The notes beneath the pieces are model-generated. The model was not told the DNA's origin. It saw only the letters and a list, made by a program, of their open reading frames with translations, and made no database searches. Shown one piece after another: positions 19,538-28,150 of a DNA stretch of 64,000 bases. Location: NCBI GenBank assembly GCA_934122275.1, contig CAKOWI010000004.1, positions 12,830-76,829 on the forward strand, in the 5' to 3' direction. This DNA is from an uncultured Bacilli bacterium (GTDB lineage Bacteria > Bacillota_I > Bacilli_A > RF39 > UBA660). Numbering within the stretch: the first letter of the stretch is position 1; the number at the start of each line of letters is the position of its first letter. A program made the position numbers and the translations under genes.

Positions 19538-20968
19538 TTAAAATATAACATCATCTATAACAACTTTATTTCCTTCCTTTCTTACTTTTATTTCTTTAAC
19601 GAATCTTTCTAGAAACATCTTTTTTTCATGATTGTTTAAATGAATAAAATTATTTTTTAAATTAACTATAACTTCTTTAATAATCTCTTCATTAGTTAAA
19701 TCTTCTTCATTTGAATATTTATTAATTTTATCTAATTCATTATTTAATACTTCTAATTTAGAATCAATTACACTTTTTATTTCTTTAAAAGTATCGTAAT
19801 CAATTTCATCACTACTAAATAATTCTGTCATATCTTTTTTCTTTTTATTTAATTTTTCTATTTGTTCTTGTAAATCTAAAGTATCATTATTTTCTATTAT
19901 CTTTTTTTCTTTCTTTAAAATACTTTTGTCAAATTCTAAATCTTCAATATTTTCTAAATAATTAATAAAAGCATTTTCTATTTTTATATGAGAAAATCCT
20001 GGAGCATTACAGCTATTATTGTTATGCCCATTACACTGATAAGTAATATATTTTTTGCCACTTTGAAGTTGTTGCCTAGCATGATATTTCCCTCCACATA
20101 AACTACATCTTAAAACTCTAAAATAATAGGTATCATCAGAAGAATATTTCTTATTATGAAATTTCTTTCTTTTCTTCATCAAATTGCTAACACTATTAAA
20201 TAAGTCTTCAGAAAGTATTGGCGTTATGTTTTTACCACTTACTTCAAAGCCATTTTTCCTTCCTACTCCATACCTTACATTGCCAATATAAAGAGGATTA
20301 GTAAGTATTGAATAAATAGTTGACTGATTCCAATGTCCTCCTCTTTTCGTTGGTACATTTAAGTCTTTTAACTTTTTAGCAATTTTAACCATAGATTCAC
20401 CATCTAAATACCAATTAAATATTTTCTTAACATAAATTGCTTCGTTTTTATTAACTTTAAGCTTTCCTTTGCCAACTAAATAATCATAACCAAAAACGCC
20501 ATTACAATTAGTATAATTACCTTCTTTAGTTTTTTGTTCATATCCAAAAGTAACTCTTTCTGCTAAATTTTCTCTTTCAAATTCTGCAAATATTCCAATA
20601 ATCTTAACAAACATTCTTCCAACAGCATTTGAAGTATCTATTTTCTCTGTTTGAGAGTTAAAAGTACAATTATGACTATCAAACAATTCTATTAAATAAA
20701 TAAGGTCTTTAACGCTTCTAGTAAGTCTATCTAGTTTGTATATTAGAACGTTTTCTATTTTTCCTTTCTTTACATCTTCAAGTAGTCTTGATACTTCTTT
20801 TCTGTCAGTTAAATTTTTACCACTTATACCATCATCAACATAATAATCTACTATATTCCAATCGTTACTCTCTGCATATCTAGTTAATTTATCTTTTTGA
20901 GCATGAATACTAAATCCAACGGTCGCTTGTTCTTCAGTAGACACCCGTATGTAGATTGCTGTTCGCAT
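19538..20968 (-). CDS. Large serine recombinase (SpoIVCA/CisA-type architecture)
   Basis: 476 aa. Resolvase catalytic domain MRTAIYIRVSTEEQ...YKLDRLTRS, recombinase domain, zinc ribbon CSLCGG...YQCNGHNNNSC, C-terminal coiled coil. Confidence 0.92.
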   Translation of the reverse strand: MRTAIYIRVSTEEQATVGFSIHAQKDKLTRYAESNDWNIVDYYVDDGISGKNLTDRKEVSRLLEDVKKGKIENVLIYKLDRLTRSVKDLIYLIELFDSHNCTFNSQTEKIDTSNAVGRMFVKIIGIFAEFERENLAERVTFGYEQKTKEGNYTNCNGVFGYDYLVGKGKLKVNKNEAIYVKKIFNWYLDGESMVKIAKKLKDLNVPTKRGGHWNQSTIYSILTNPLYIGNVRYGVGRKNGFEVSGKNITPILSEDLFNSVSNLMKKRKKFHNKKYSSDDTYYFRVLRCSLCGGKYHARQQLQSGKKYITYQCNGHNNNSCNAPGFSHIKIENAFINYLENIEDLEFDKSILKKEKKIIENNDTLDLQEQIEKLNKKKKDMTELFSSDEIDYDTFKEIKSVIDSKLEVLNNELDKINKYSNEEDLTNEEIIKEVIVNLKNNFIHLNNHEKKMFLERFVKEIKVRKEGNKVVIDDVIF

Positions 20969-20977
20969 AAGTTAATA

Positions 20978-21091
20978 TTACTCCTTATCCGTAGAAGTAA
21001 TACCCTTCCTTTCACTTAAAATTTTCGGAACACTAGTACTTAAGAAAAACTTCATAATCTCGATGGCTTTGTTTTTAGATAAACAAGTCAT
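20978..21091 (-). CDS. Possible 37-aa ORF immediately upstream of the recombinase
   Basis: MTCLSKNKAIEIMKFFLSTSVPKILSERKGITSTDKE, preceded by aaggaggg. Its stop lies within the recombinase RBS. Too short to appear in the ORF track. Confidence 0.25.
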   Translation of the reverse strand: MTCLSKNKAIEIMKFFLSTSVPKILSERKGITSTDKE

Positions 21092-21160
21092 TATCTGCCC
21101 TCCTTTTTTCTTATTCATTCATCTAATTATACGGGTTAGTTTTTCAAATATTCCAAGACA

Positions 21161-21215
21161 CTATAGTAATATTCACTTACAAACAAATTTATTTCGTATG
21201 TTAGTTTTTAATAAA
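21161..21215. repeat. Degenerate second att-like sequence inside the element
   Basis: ctatagtaatattcacttacaaacaaa matches the reverse complement of the left junction (17154-17180) at 24 of 27 positions. Similarity resumes after the core (cgtatgttag versus cgtatactaa). Confidence 0.5.
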
Positions 21216-21250
21216 GCCTTTATTTATAAATAAAAAACTATAGTAATTTT

Positions 21251-21261
21251 TTACTATAGCA
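21251..21261. repeat. Element-terminal inverted repeat, right
   Basis: ttactatagca is the reverse complement of 17173..17183. Confidence 0.8.
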
Positions 21262-21264
21262 TTT

Positions 21265-21966
21265 TTAGTATACGACTTTATTTGTATTAACAAGCCAAAA
21301 CTTATTATCGGTATTTTGTCTTAAATAATCTTCATAAATGGTAGTAAATTCAAACACCTTTTCATGTTTTACTAATTCCTTTGCCATCATTGCCATATCA
21401 TAAGCAGATGAATAATGATTAGCTTCGTCTAATCCAACAGCATTTTTAAAATTAGTATCTTTAAGATTTAGTTCTTTAGCTTTTTTATTCATCTTAGATA
21501 CGAATTTTTCTTCTGTACCCCCTATTTTTTCAGCAAAAACCACTGTTGCGTCATTAGCAGAACCTACAGCTACTGCCTTAAATAAATCCTTTACACTCAT
21601 TTTTTCATTAGACTGTAAAAATATTTGGGAACCACCCATGGAAGCTGCATGTTCACTAGTAACTAAAGTATCGTTCCATTTTAACTTTCCTTTTTCTATT
21701 TCTTCTAGTATTAATATCATACTCATTATTTTAGTCATAGAAGCTGGGGCATATCTATCATGAGAATTTTTTTCATATAATACCCTACCAGTTGACTCTT
21801 CAATTAACACAGCACTTTTACCATCACTTAAAAGTTCTTTTTTCTCCTCTTTAGAATCAACTGCATTGTTATCTTCCGTTTTATTAGGAACCGTAGTTGT
21901 TTCTGCTAAAATAGAAGAAAGAAAAACAAAAAAGCAAATAATAAAAAGACATATTTTCTTCATCAT
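21265..21966 (-). CDS. D-alanyl-D-alanine carboxypeptidase, 5' part of a split gene (signal peptide, SxxK, SxN)
   Basis: Signal peptide MMKKICLFIICFFVFL, then APASMTKIMS (SxxK) and VGSANDA (SxN). It ends ...FWLVNTNK followed by 3 element-derived codons and a stop. Confidence 0.85.
   Translation of the reverse strand: MMKKICLFIICFFVFLSSILAETTTVPNKTEDNNAVDSKEEKKELLSDGKSAVLIEESTGRVLYEKNSHDRYAPASMTKIMSMILILEEIEKGKLKWNDTLVTSEHAASMGGSQIFLQSNEKMSVKDLFKAVAVGSANDATVVFAEKIGGTEEKFVSKMNKKAKELNLKDTNFKNAVGLDEANHYSSAYDMAMMAKELVKHEKVFEFTTIYEDYLRQNTDNKFWLVNTNKVVY
21277..21287. repeat. Right copy of the 11-bp direct repeat (crossover region)
   Basis: tttatttgtat, identical to 17154..17164. Confidence 0.85.
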
Positions 21967-22008
21967 AACACCTCTAATAAAAAATATGTCTTATTAAATC
22001 ATTTATTA

Positions 22009-24132
22009 CTAATTAAGTGTAACTGTCATATCACTTGTTATAACAGTACCTACACCTATACTTTGACTTTGTACATATCCCGTACATAAGATTTCATACT
22101 TTATTCCAAGTTCATCTAATACGATACTAGCATCTTTAACAGAATAATTAGTTAAATCAGGCATAGTAATATTTTTATCATTAGTAAATATAAATACCTT
22201 TTGCTTAGTATTAATGCTCGTATTTTGTTTTGGATATTGGTTTATTACTTTATCACCATTACCAAATATTATATATGTAGCATTCTTACTATTTAAATCA
22301 TTTTTTACTTGTTCTACTGTCTTATTTTTATAGTTATCTAATTTATAAGAAGATATATCTTTATTTATTTCGGGAGATTTTTCAAATATCTTTAAATATT
22401 TTGCCGTATCTTTTACTATGGTTTTAACTGTTTCTGGTAAAACATTAGAATCTTTACTTCTTTGCATTGCAACATATATTATTACTTCTGGATCATCTTT
22501 AGGATACATTCCAGAAAAGGAAGTAATATAATCATGCTTTCCTTTAAAGTATTTACCTGTTTTTGGATTAGCTATCTGAGCTGTACCAGTTTTTCCTATT
22601 AAATCATATCCATCTAATTTATATTTACTACCAGTAGTTTCTGATGAATCACTGTTAACAACTTTATACATTAAATCCTTTATTTTATCTACAGTTTGAC
22701 TAGAAATTACTTTTTCTCCTTCTTTTTTCTTAGCTTCATAAGTAACCTCTTCAGTACCTGAATTTACTGTTTTTTCTACTATATAAGGTGTAAGTAATGT
22801 ACCATTATTAGATATTGATGTTAATGCTTTTAATTGCTGTATTGGAGTCGTTGTAATACCTTGACCAAATCCAGCATTTACAACTTCAACATCATATTTA
22901 AAGTTTACTTTTCCAGAATACTCATTTGGTAAATCAACATCAGTTTTAGCTCCAAAACCTAACTTTTTATAAAAGTCCATAAGTGTTTTTCTAGATAGAT
23001 AATTCTTTATCATATTAGCTACACATGTATTAGATGATAAAGTATATCCTTTTTGATAACTTATTTCGCCCCAACCTGTTTTATTCCAGTCACTAACTAC
23101 GTCATCACCGATTGTATATGGTGCTGTATAACAAGTCTGATTGTATGGATCAAAGTTAGAATTTGTTTCTATAGCTGCCATATAACTATATGTTTTCATA
23201 ACAGAACCTGGTTCATAAGTATATGAAACTAATGGATTTAAATAATTACCTATATCCTTAGTATTTGGATTAAACGTAGGTGATGTTGCACTACCTAATA
23301 TCTTACCTGTTTTCGCATCCATAACAACTGCTATTATCCAATCTGAATTAGAATCTTTCTCAGCCTTATTAACAACGGTTTCTAAAGACATTTGAACGTT
23401 TGAATCAATAGTTAGATAAACATCGTTACCATCCACTTTTTCTTTTCTTATCTCATTAGAATTAGGAAACTTATAACCATTTATGTCTTTTTCGTACTTA
23501 ACATATCCATTAGTACCAGTCATAACATCATTATATTGTTTTTCAATACCCATTTCGCCAGTCATATTTCCATTATCATCAGTCTTAGTATATCCTACTA
23601 TATATGATAAAAAAGTGTTATTTGGATAATATCTTTTATGAGTTGTTATAAAATCTATTCCAGGAAGTTCTAGTTTTTCTATTGCCTCTTTTTGTAGTTC
23701 TGTAAGGCCTTTTCCACTTGCACCAAACTCTACTTGATAAGCTTTTTTATTAAGTATTTCAAGAATTTTTTCTTTAGATAAATTTATAACAGTAGATAAC
23801 TTTTCTGCAGTAAGTTCTTTATCCGCAACATGCTGAAGAGTACTAAATCCCTTACTTCTTGATTCATCTAAGTATGCTATTAAAGTATAAGAATTTATTG
23901 TTTGTGCCAATACTTCTCCATTAGAATCATATATATTTCCTCTTAGGGCATACAAAGTTTCTTCTTTAGTATTTCTTCTACTAGAAAATTTCTTTAAGTT
24001 AATTCCATCTACAGTCCCGGATATAGTTAAATACCCTAATTGTAATATTAATCTAAAAAGAAAAAGAAAAAATATTAAGGTAAAAACTTTAGCTAATACA
24101 TTTTTGTTTTTATTTAATATTTCTCTTTTCAT
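22009..24132 (-). CDS. Class B penicillin-binding protein (PBP2B/SpoVD/FtsI family) with C-terminal PASTA repeats
   Basis: 707 aa. N-terminal TM, SVMK (SxxK), SSN, KTGTA, and two PASTA-like modules at the C-terminus. Lies in the dcw cluster after ftsL. Confidence 0.9.
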   Translation of the reverse strand: MKREILNKNKNVLAKVFTLIFFLFLFRLILQLGYLTISGTVDGINLKKFSSRRNTKEETLYALRGNIYDSNGEVLAQTINSYTLIAYLDESRSKGFSTLQHVADKELTAEKLSTVINLSKEKILEILNKKAYQVEFGASGKGLTELQKEAIEKLELPGIDFITTHKRYYPNNTFLSYIVGYTKTDDNGNMTGEMGIEKQYNDVMTGTNGYVKYEKDINGYKFPNSNEIRKEKVDGNDVYLTIDSNVQMSLETVVNKAEKDSNSDWIIAVVMDAKTGKILGSATSPTFNPNTKDIGNYLNPLVSYTYEPGSVMKTYSYMAAIETNSNFDPYNQTCYTAPYTIGDDVVSDWNKTGWGEISYQKGYTLSSNTCVANMIKNYLSRKTLMDFYKKLGFGAKTDVDLPNEYSGKVNFKYDVEVVNAGFGQGITTTPIQQLKALTSISNNGTLLTPYIVEKTVNSGTEEVTYEAKKKEGEKVISSQTVDKIKDLMYKVVNSDSSETTGSKYKLDGYDLIGKTGTAQIANPKTGKYFKGKHDYITSFSGMYPKDDPEVIIYVAMQRSKDSNVLPETVKTIVKDTAKYLKIFEKSPEINKDISSYKLDNYKNKTVEQVKNDLNSKNATYIIFGNGDKVINQYPKQNTSINTKQKVFIFTNDKNITMPDLTNYSVKDASIVLDELGIKYEILCTGYVQSQSIGVGTVITSDMTVTLN

Positions 24133-24144
24133 AAAAAATCACCC

Positions 24145-24423
24145 TTATTTTTGAATTACAACAATGTTATCATTATTATACTCCAAACCTTCTTGTGCTG
24201 CAACTAATTGCATATTTTCTAATGATATTAATTCATTAACTTTCATAGTTAAACTTTCATTAACCTTCTCTTGTTTAGTAACAGTTTTTTTAAGTTTTTC
24301 AACCTCTATATTAATTGAAGATAGCTGTGCTTTAAAGAAGAAAATGGAAACAAAAACACAGAATAATGTAGTAACTGTCAAACTAACAATTGTTTTTTGA
24401 TATCTTCTTTTTTTCTTTGCCAT
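24145..24423 (-). CDS. ftsL: Cell division protein FtsL
   Basis: 92 aa with a basic N-terminus, single TM and coiled coil. Positioned between rsmH and the PBP gene. Confidence 0.7.
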   Translation of the reverse strand: MAKKKRRYQKTIVSLTVTTLFCVFVSIFFFKAQLSSINIEVEKLKKTVTKQEKVNESLTMKVNELISLENMQLVAAQEGLEYNNDNIVVIQK

Positions 24424-24426
24424 ATA

Positions 24427-25353
24427 TTATTCTCCTTTTTCTTTAATAGCTACTCTAAGTGTTGCACTCCTACTTCTTTTATTAAATTCTATTTCTTCTT
24501 TACTTGGTTTTATCTTTTTTAGTACCCTAATATCAGGTTTATATTCATCTGGTATACTAGGAAGATTTTTTACCAATTCATCTATCTTTGATCTTTCTTT
24601 AAATACTTCCTTACAAATTCTATCTTCTAATGAATGAAACGTAATAACCGCAATTACACCATCTTTTTTTAATATATCTATAGCATCATTTAATGCACCA
24701 GGTAATATACTAAGTTCTTTATTTACTTCTATTCTAATTGCTTGGAAAGTTCTTCTAGATGGATTAGTAAGTCTTTTATATTTAGCTGGAACTGCATTTG
24801 ATATAACATTAGCAAGTTCAAGCGTTGTTTTTATTTCTTTTTCATTTCTAGTTTTTTCAATTTCTCTTGCAATCTGTTTTGCATATTTTTCTTCGCCATA
24901 CCTACTTATTATTCTATATAAATCATTAAAAGAATAATTATTTACTACATCGTAAGCGGTAAGACTACTTGACTTATCCATTCTCATATCTAAGTAAGCA
25001 TCTTCGTGAAAACTAAACCCCCTAGACGCATCATCAAGTTGAGGAGATGAAACTCCTAGGTCAAACATAATACCGTCAACTTTGTAAACACCTCTTTTAG
25101 CAAGCTCACTTTTTAAATTGGAAAAATTACTTGCAATAATACAAAAATTGTTTCCAATTTCGCTTAATTTGTTTTCACTATACTCTCTAGCTTCGACATC
25201 TTGATCAAAAGCATAAAGCATTCCCTTTTTTATTCTCTTTAAGATTGCACTTGAATGACCAGCATAGCCTAAGGTACAATCAACGTATATTCCGTCTTCT
25301 TTTATGTTTAAAGCATTTATTGTTTCTTCTTTAAGTACACTAATATGTTTCAT
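24427..25353 (-). CDS. rsmH: 16S rRNA (cytosine1402-N4)-methyltransferase
   Basis: MKHISVLKEE...YVDCTLGYAGHS...FDLGVSSPQLD... Follows mraZ. Confidence 0.95.
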   Translation of the reverse strand: MKHISVLKEETINALNIKEDGIYVDCTLGYAGHSSAILKRIKKGMLYAFDQDVEAREYSENKLSEIGNNFCIIASNFSNLKSELAKRGVYKVDGIMFDLGVSSPQLDDASRGFSFHEDAYLDMRMDKSSSLTAYDVVNNYSFNDLYRIISRYGEEKYAKQIAREIEKTRNEKEIKTTLELANVISNAVPAKYKRLTNPSRRTFQAIRIEVNKELSILPGALNDAIDILKKDGVIAVITFHSLEDRICKEVFKERSKIDELVKNLPSIPDEYKPDIRVLKKIKPSKEEIEFNKRSRSATLRVAIKEKGE

Positions 25354-25788
25354 CTAAACCTCCACATTATCAAATAAAGATTCAGCTAAATCTGACATAT
25401 TTTCTTCATTTTCTTTAAACATAACATCAAATTTTTCCCTCGACCAAATTTCTAATCTGTCATTCATACCAATTACTAAGCATTCTTTGTTAAGATTTGC
25501 ATAGCTAACAAGTGGAGTTGGAATTATCATTCTTCCTTGTTTATCTAAAGTACAATTAGTTGCACCTGATAGAAAAAACCTTAAGAATGATCTAGCATCT
25601 TTTTTAGTAAACGGAAGATTCTTCAATTTTTCAACTAACTTTTGCCACTCTACGTTAGAATATACGAATAAGCATCCATCAAGTCCTCTTGTAATCACAA
25701 AGGACTCACCTAATTCTTCTCTAAATTTAGAAGGCATAACAAGTCTTGCTTTATCATCTATATTATGATGAAATTCTCCCATTAACAT
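25354..25788 (-). CDS. mraZ: Transcriptional regulator MraZ
   Basis: [24 protein letters not shown], duplicated SpoVT/AbrB-like halves. RBS ggggga lies before the ATG at 25788. Confidence 0.95.
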   Translation of the reverse strand: MLMGEFHHNIDDKARLVMPSKFREELGESFVITRGLDGCLFVYSNVEWQKLVEKLKNLPFTKKDARSFLRFFLSGATNCTLDKQGRMIIPTPLVSYANLNKECLVIGMNDRLEIWSREKFDVMFKENEENMSDLAESLFDNVEV

Positions 25789-25970
25789 ATTATCCCCCAC
25801 AATCTACCACTTTGTTCCACTGGTTACCACTATAATATCACATTATTTAAGTAATTGTCCATAATATTCTTCCAAAAAAATCATCATTTTTTTCACTTTA
25901 CGTAAAGTAAAAATCATTTTTTTCAAACATAATACTATCATTTTTTTATTATAAATGTTAAAATATTATC

Positions 25971-26207
25971 ATGATTAAAAAAATATTAATAAAGGTTATA
26001 GATTTGTATCAATTAATTCCTGGAAGTTTTCATGGATATTGTAAACATGTTCCTACATGCTCAGAGTATACTAAGGAAGCAATTGAAAAATATGGTGCAA
26101 TAAAGGGAAGTTTTCTTGGAATTAAAAGGATACTAAAATGTAATCCATTTAGTAAGGGTGGATATGATCCAGTGCCTAAGTATGATAAAAGGAGAATAAA
26201 AAGATGA
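25971..26207 (+). CDS. yidD: Membrane protein insertion efficiency factor YidD
   Basis: 78 aa with the conserved C..VPTCSEYTKEAIEKYG motif. Confidence 0.9.
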   Translation: MIKKILIKVIDLYQLIPGSFHGYCKHVPTCSEYTKEAIEKYGAIKGSFLGIKRILKCNPFSKGGYDPVPKYDKRRIKR

Positions 26208-27076
26208 AGAAGAAAATTTTAATGATAATAGGTTTAATAATAATATTACTAAGTTTTACAGGATGTAGCAAGGACGATACAGAAAGTGTCATGACAACAT
26301 ATACAAGTGTTTATCCAGTTGAGTACATATTAGATAACCTATATGGTGATAAAATGGCTATTTATGGTATATATCCAGATGGTACTAATTATACTAACTA
26401 CAAACTTACAAATAAACAGTTAAGTGATTATAGTAAGGGTGATTTATTTGTTTATAATGGTACAATAAAAAAAGAAAAAGATTATGCTGCTTATTTAATA
26501 AATAAAAATAAAAAAATAAAGATAATAGATGCATCTTTAGGAATGAATTATACAAATGATGTAATTGAAACATGGCTTAATCCTTCTAACTATTTAATGA
26601 TGGCATCTAACATAAAAAAAGGATTAGAAGAATACATAAATGAAGAAATAGAAAAGAAAGAAATTGAAAAAAATTATGAAAAGTTAAAGCTAAATCTAAC
26701 ACAAATTGATGCTGAATTAAAAAGCATAGCTAATAACTCAAATAATAATATCTTAATAGTTGGAAGTGATACATTTAAGTATCTTGAAAAATATGGATTT
26801 ACCGTAATATCTCTAGAAGAAAATGATAATTTAACAGATAAAACACTTGCTGATGTTAAAAAGATCTTCTCTAATAAAATGGCTAGCTATATTTTTCTCA
26901 AAGATAATGATGAAGAAAGTAAAACCGTTAAAACTTTAAAAGATAAGTATAATATTCAAATAGCTAGAATAAATTCTTTATATACGTTAAGTGCTACAGA
27001 TAGAAAAGATAAAAAAGACTATAACAGTATTATGATGGATAACATAAATTCAATAAAATTAGAAGTTAACAACTAA
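26204..27076 (+). CDS. ZnuA/TroA-fold solute-binding lipoprotein lacking the metal-ligand histidines
   Basis: Lipobox LSFTGC. Cluster A-1 SBP layout, but YPDGTNYTNY, ETWLNPSN and GSDTFKYL stand where the DPH/H motifs would be. No cognate permease or ATPase is adjacent. Confidence 0.55.
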   Translation: MKKKILMIIGLIIILLSFTGCSKDDTESVMTTYTSVYPVEYILDNLYGDKMAIYGIYPDGTNYTNYKLTNKQLSDYSKGDLFVYNGTIKKEKDYAAYLINKNKKIKIIDASLGMNYTNDVIETWLNPSNYLMMASNIKKGLEEYINEEIEKKEIEKNYEKLKLNLTQIDAELKSIANNSNNNILIVGSDTFKYLEKYGFTVISLEENDNLTDKTLADVKKIFSNKMASYIFLKDNDEESKTVKTLKDKYNIQIARINSLYTLSATDRKDKKDYNSIMMDNINSIKLEVNN

Positions 27077-27108
27077 TTGTTAACTTCTTTTTAAATAAAA
27101 AAACTAGC

Positions 27109-27633
27109 TTATTTGCTAGCATCTATTCCAGTTTCAATATAGTCTTCGCCCTTAAATGGTTCAGTTCTTAATAAATCTCTATAGTTTTGTTGTCTTAATA
27201 CTTCATATACCATAATAGCAGCACAATTTGATAAATTTAATGCCCTAACTTTATCGGTCATAGGAATTCTTAAGCAATGTTCTAAGTCATCTTTTAAAAT
27301 ATCAAGTGGTATTCCACTACTTTCTTTTCCAAAAACCAAATATATATTTTCATCTTTATTACTATAATCAAATGAAGTATGGGGCTTTTTGCCATATCTA
27401 GTTAAATAATAAAAAGTTCCTTTATTTTTACTTTTAAAGTCATCCCAGTTTTCGTATACAGTATAATTACAATTATCTATATAGTTAGCTCCGCTTCTTT
27501 TTATATAACTTTCATCTAGTGAAAAACCAAGTGGTTTAATAAGATGAAGATGTGTGTCAGTTGCAGCACAAGTTCTCATTATATTTCCAGTGTTTCCTGG
27601 AATTTCCGGTTCAAATAAAACTACATTAATCAT
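27109..27633 (-). CDS. trmL: tRNA (cytidine/uridine-2'-O)-methyltransferase TrmL (SpoU family)
   Basis: MINVVLFEPEIPGNTGNIMRTCAAT...FGKESSGIP...LNLSNCAAIMVYEVLRQ. Confidence 0.85.
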   Translation of the reverse strand: MINVVLFEPEIPGNTGNIMRTCAATDTHLHLIKPLGFSLDESYIKRSGANYIDNCNYTVYENWDDFKSKNKGTFYYLTRYGKKPHTSFDYSNKDENIYLVFGKESSGIPLDILKDDLEHCLRIPMTDKVRALNLSNCAAIMVYEVLRQQNYRDLLRTEPFKGEDYIETGIDASK

Positions 27634-28084
27634 TTATGATTCCTCTTTCTGTAAGTGAATTTACTATATCAGTTTCACTTTTTAATGTATCACAATTAAT
27701 TACATCAGTAATTGTTCCATCCTTATATATAACTAACTCAGGTGCATTTTGATATACTGGATCTACCTGATTAGTACCATTTATATTTATATATATAACA
27801 TCATTTTCTAGATTATGTTTCTTTACTACATTAATAAAGTTTTTCTCAAATGTAAGTGAAGTATTTTCACTACTATTAGAAACATAAATAATTATTTTAG
27901 GTTGTTCTAGTACATAACTATTTATTTCCTCATATTTTATTTCAGTTAAATAACTATCAATCTTAGAAACCGATAAATCATTTTGTTTCTTATTACTGTA
28001 TAATTTTAATGCTACTAATAATGCAAACAATGTAAACAAACACATTACTATAAATAATACTATCTTTTTATTTTTTTCTTTCAT
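27626..28084 (-). CDS. Membrane-anchored hypothetical protein (thioredoxin-like size, no CxxC)
   Basis: 152 aa with an N-terminal TM. Overlaps the trmL start by 8 nt. Confidence 0.45.
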   Translation of the reverse strand: MKEKNKKIVLFIVMCLFTLFALLVALKLYSNKKQNDLSVSKIDSYLTEIKYEEINSYVLEQPKIIIYVSNSSENTSLTFEKNFINVVKKHNLENDVIYININGTNQVDPVYQNAPELVIYKDGTITDVINCDTLKSETDIVNSLTERGIIND

Positions 28085-28150
28085 GTTTTGGCCTCCTATA
28101 TAATTTTATTCTAACACATTTTTTTTAATGAATAAAGAAAAAAGAGTTAA

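Larger units (their letters stand above)
17154..21287 (-). mobile_element. About 4.1-kb integrated element (large serine recombinase plus 2-3 cargo genes) interrupting the dac gene
   Basis: Bounded by identical 11-mers and by 11-bp perfect inverted repeats. Removing it restores a continuous dac reading frame. Confidence 0.8.

Noticed and set aside
27626-28084. 152-aa single-TM protein considered as the missing EssA component of the T7SS (similar size).
   Set aside because: Size is the only resemblance. Its TM is N-terminal. It overlaps trmL and is separated from the T7SS genes by a terminator and the HExxH gene. This cannot be supported without an HMM search.
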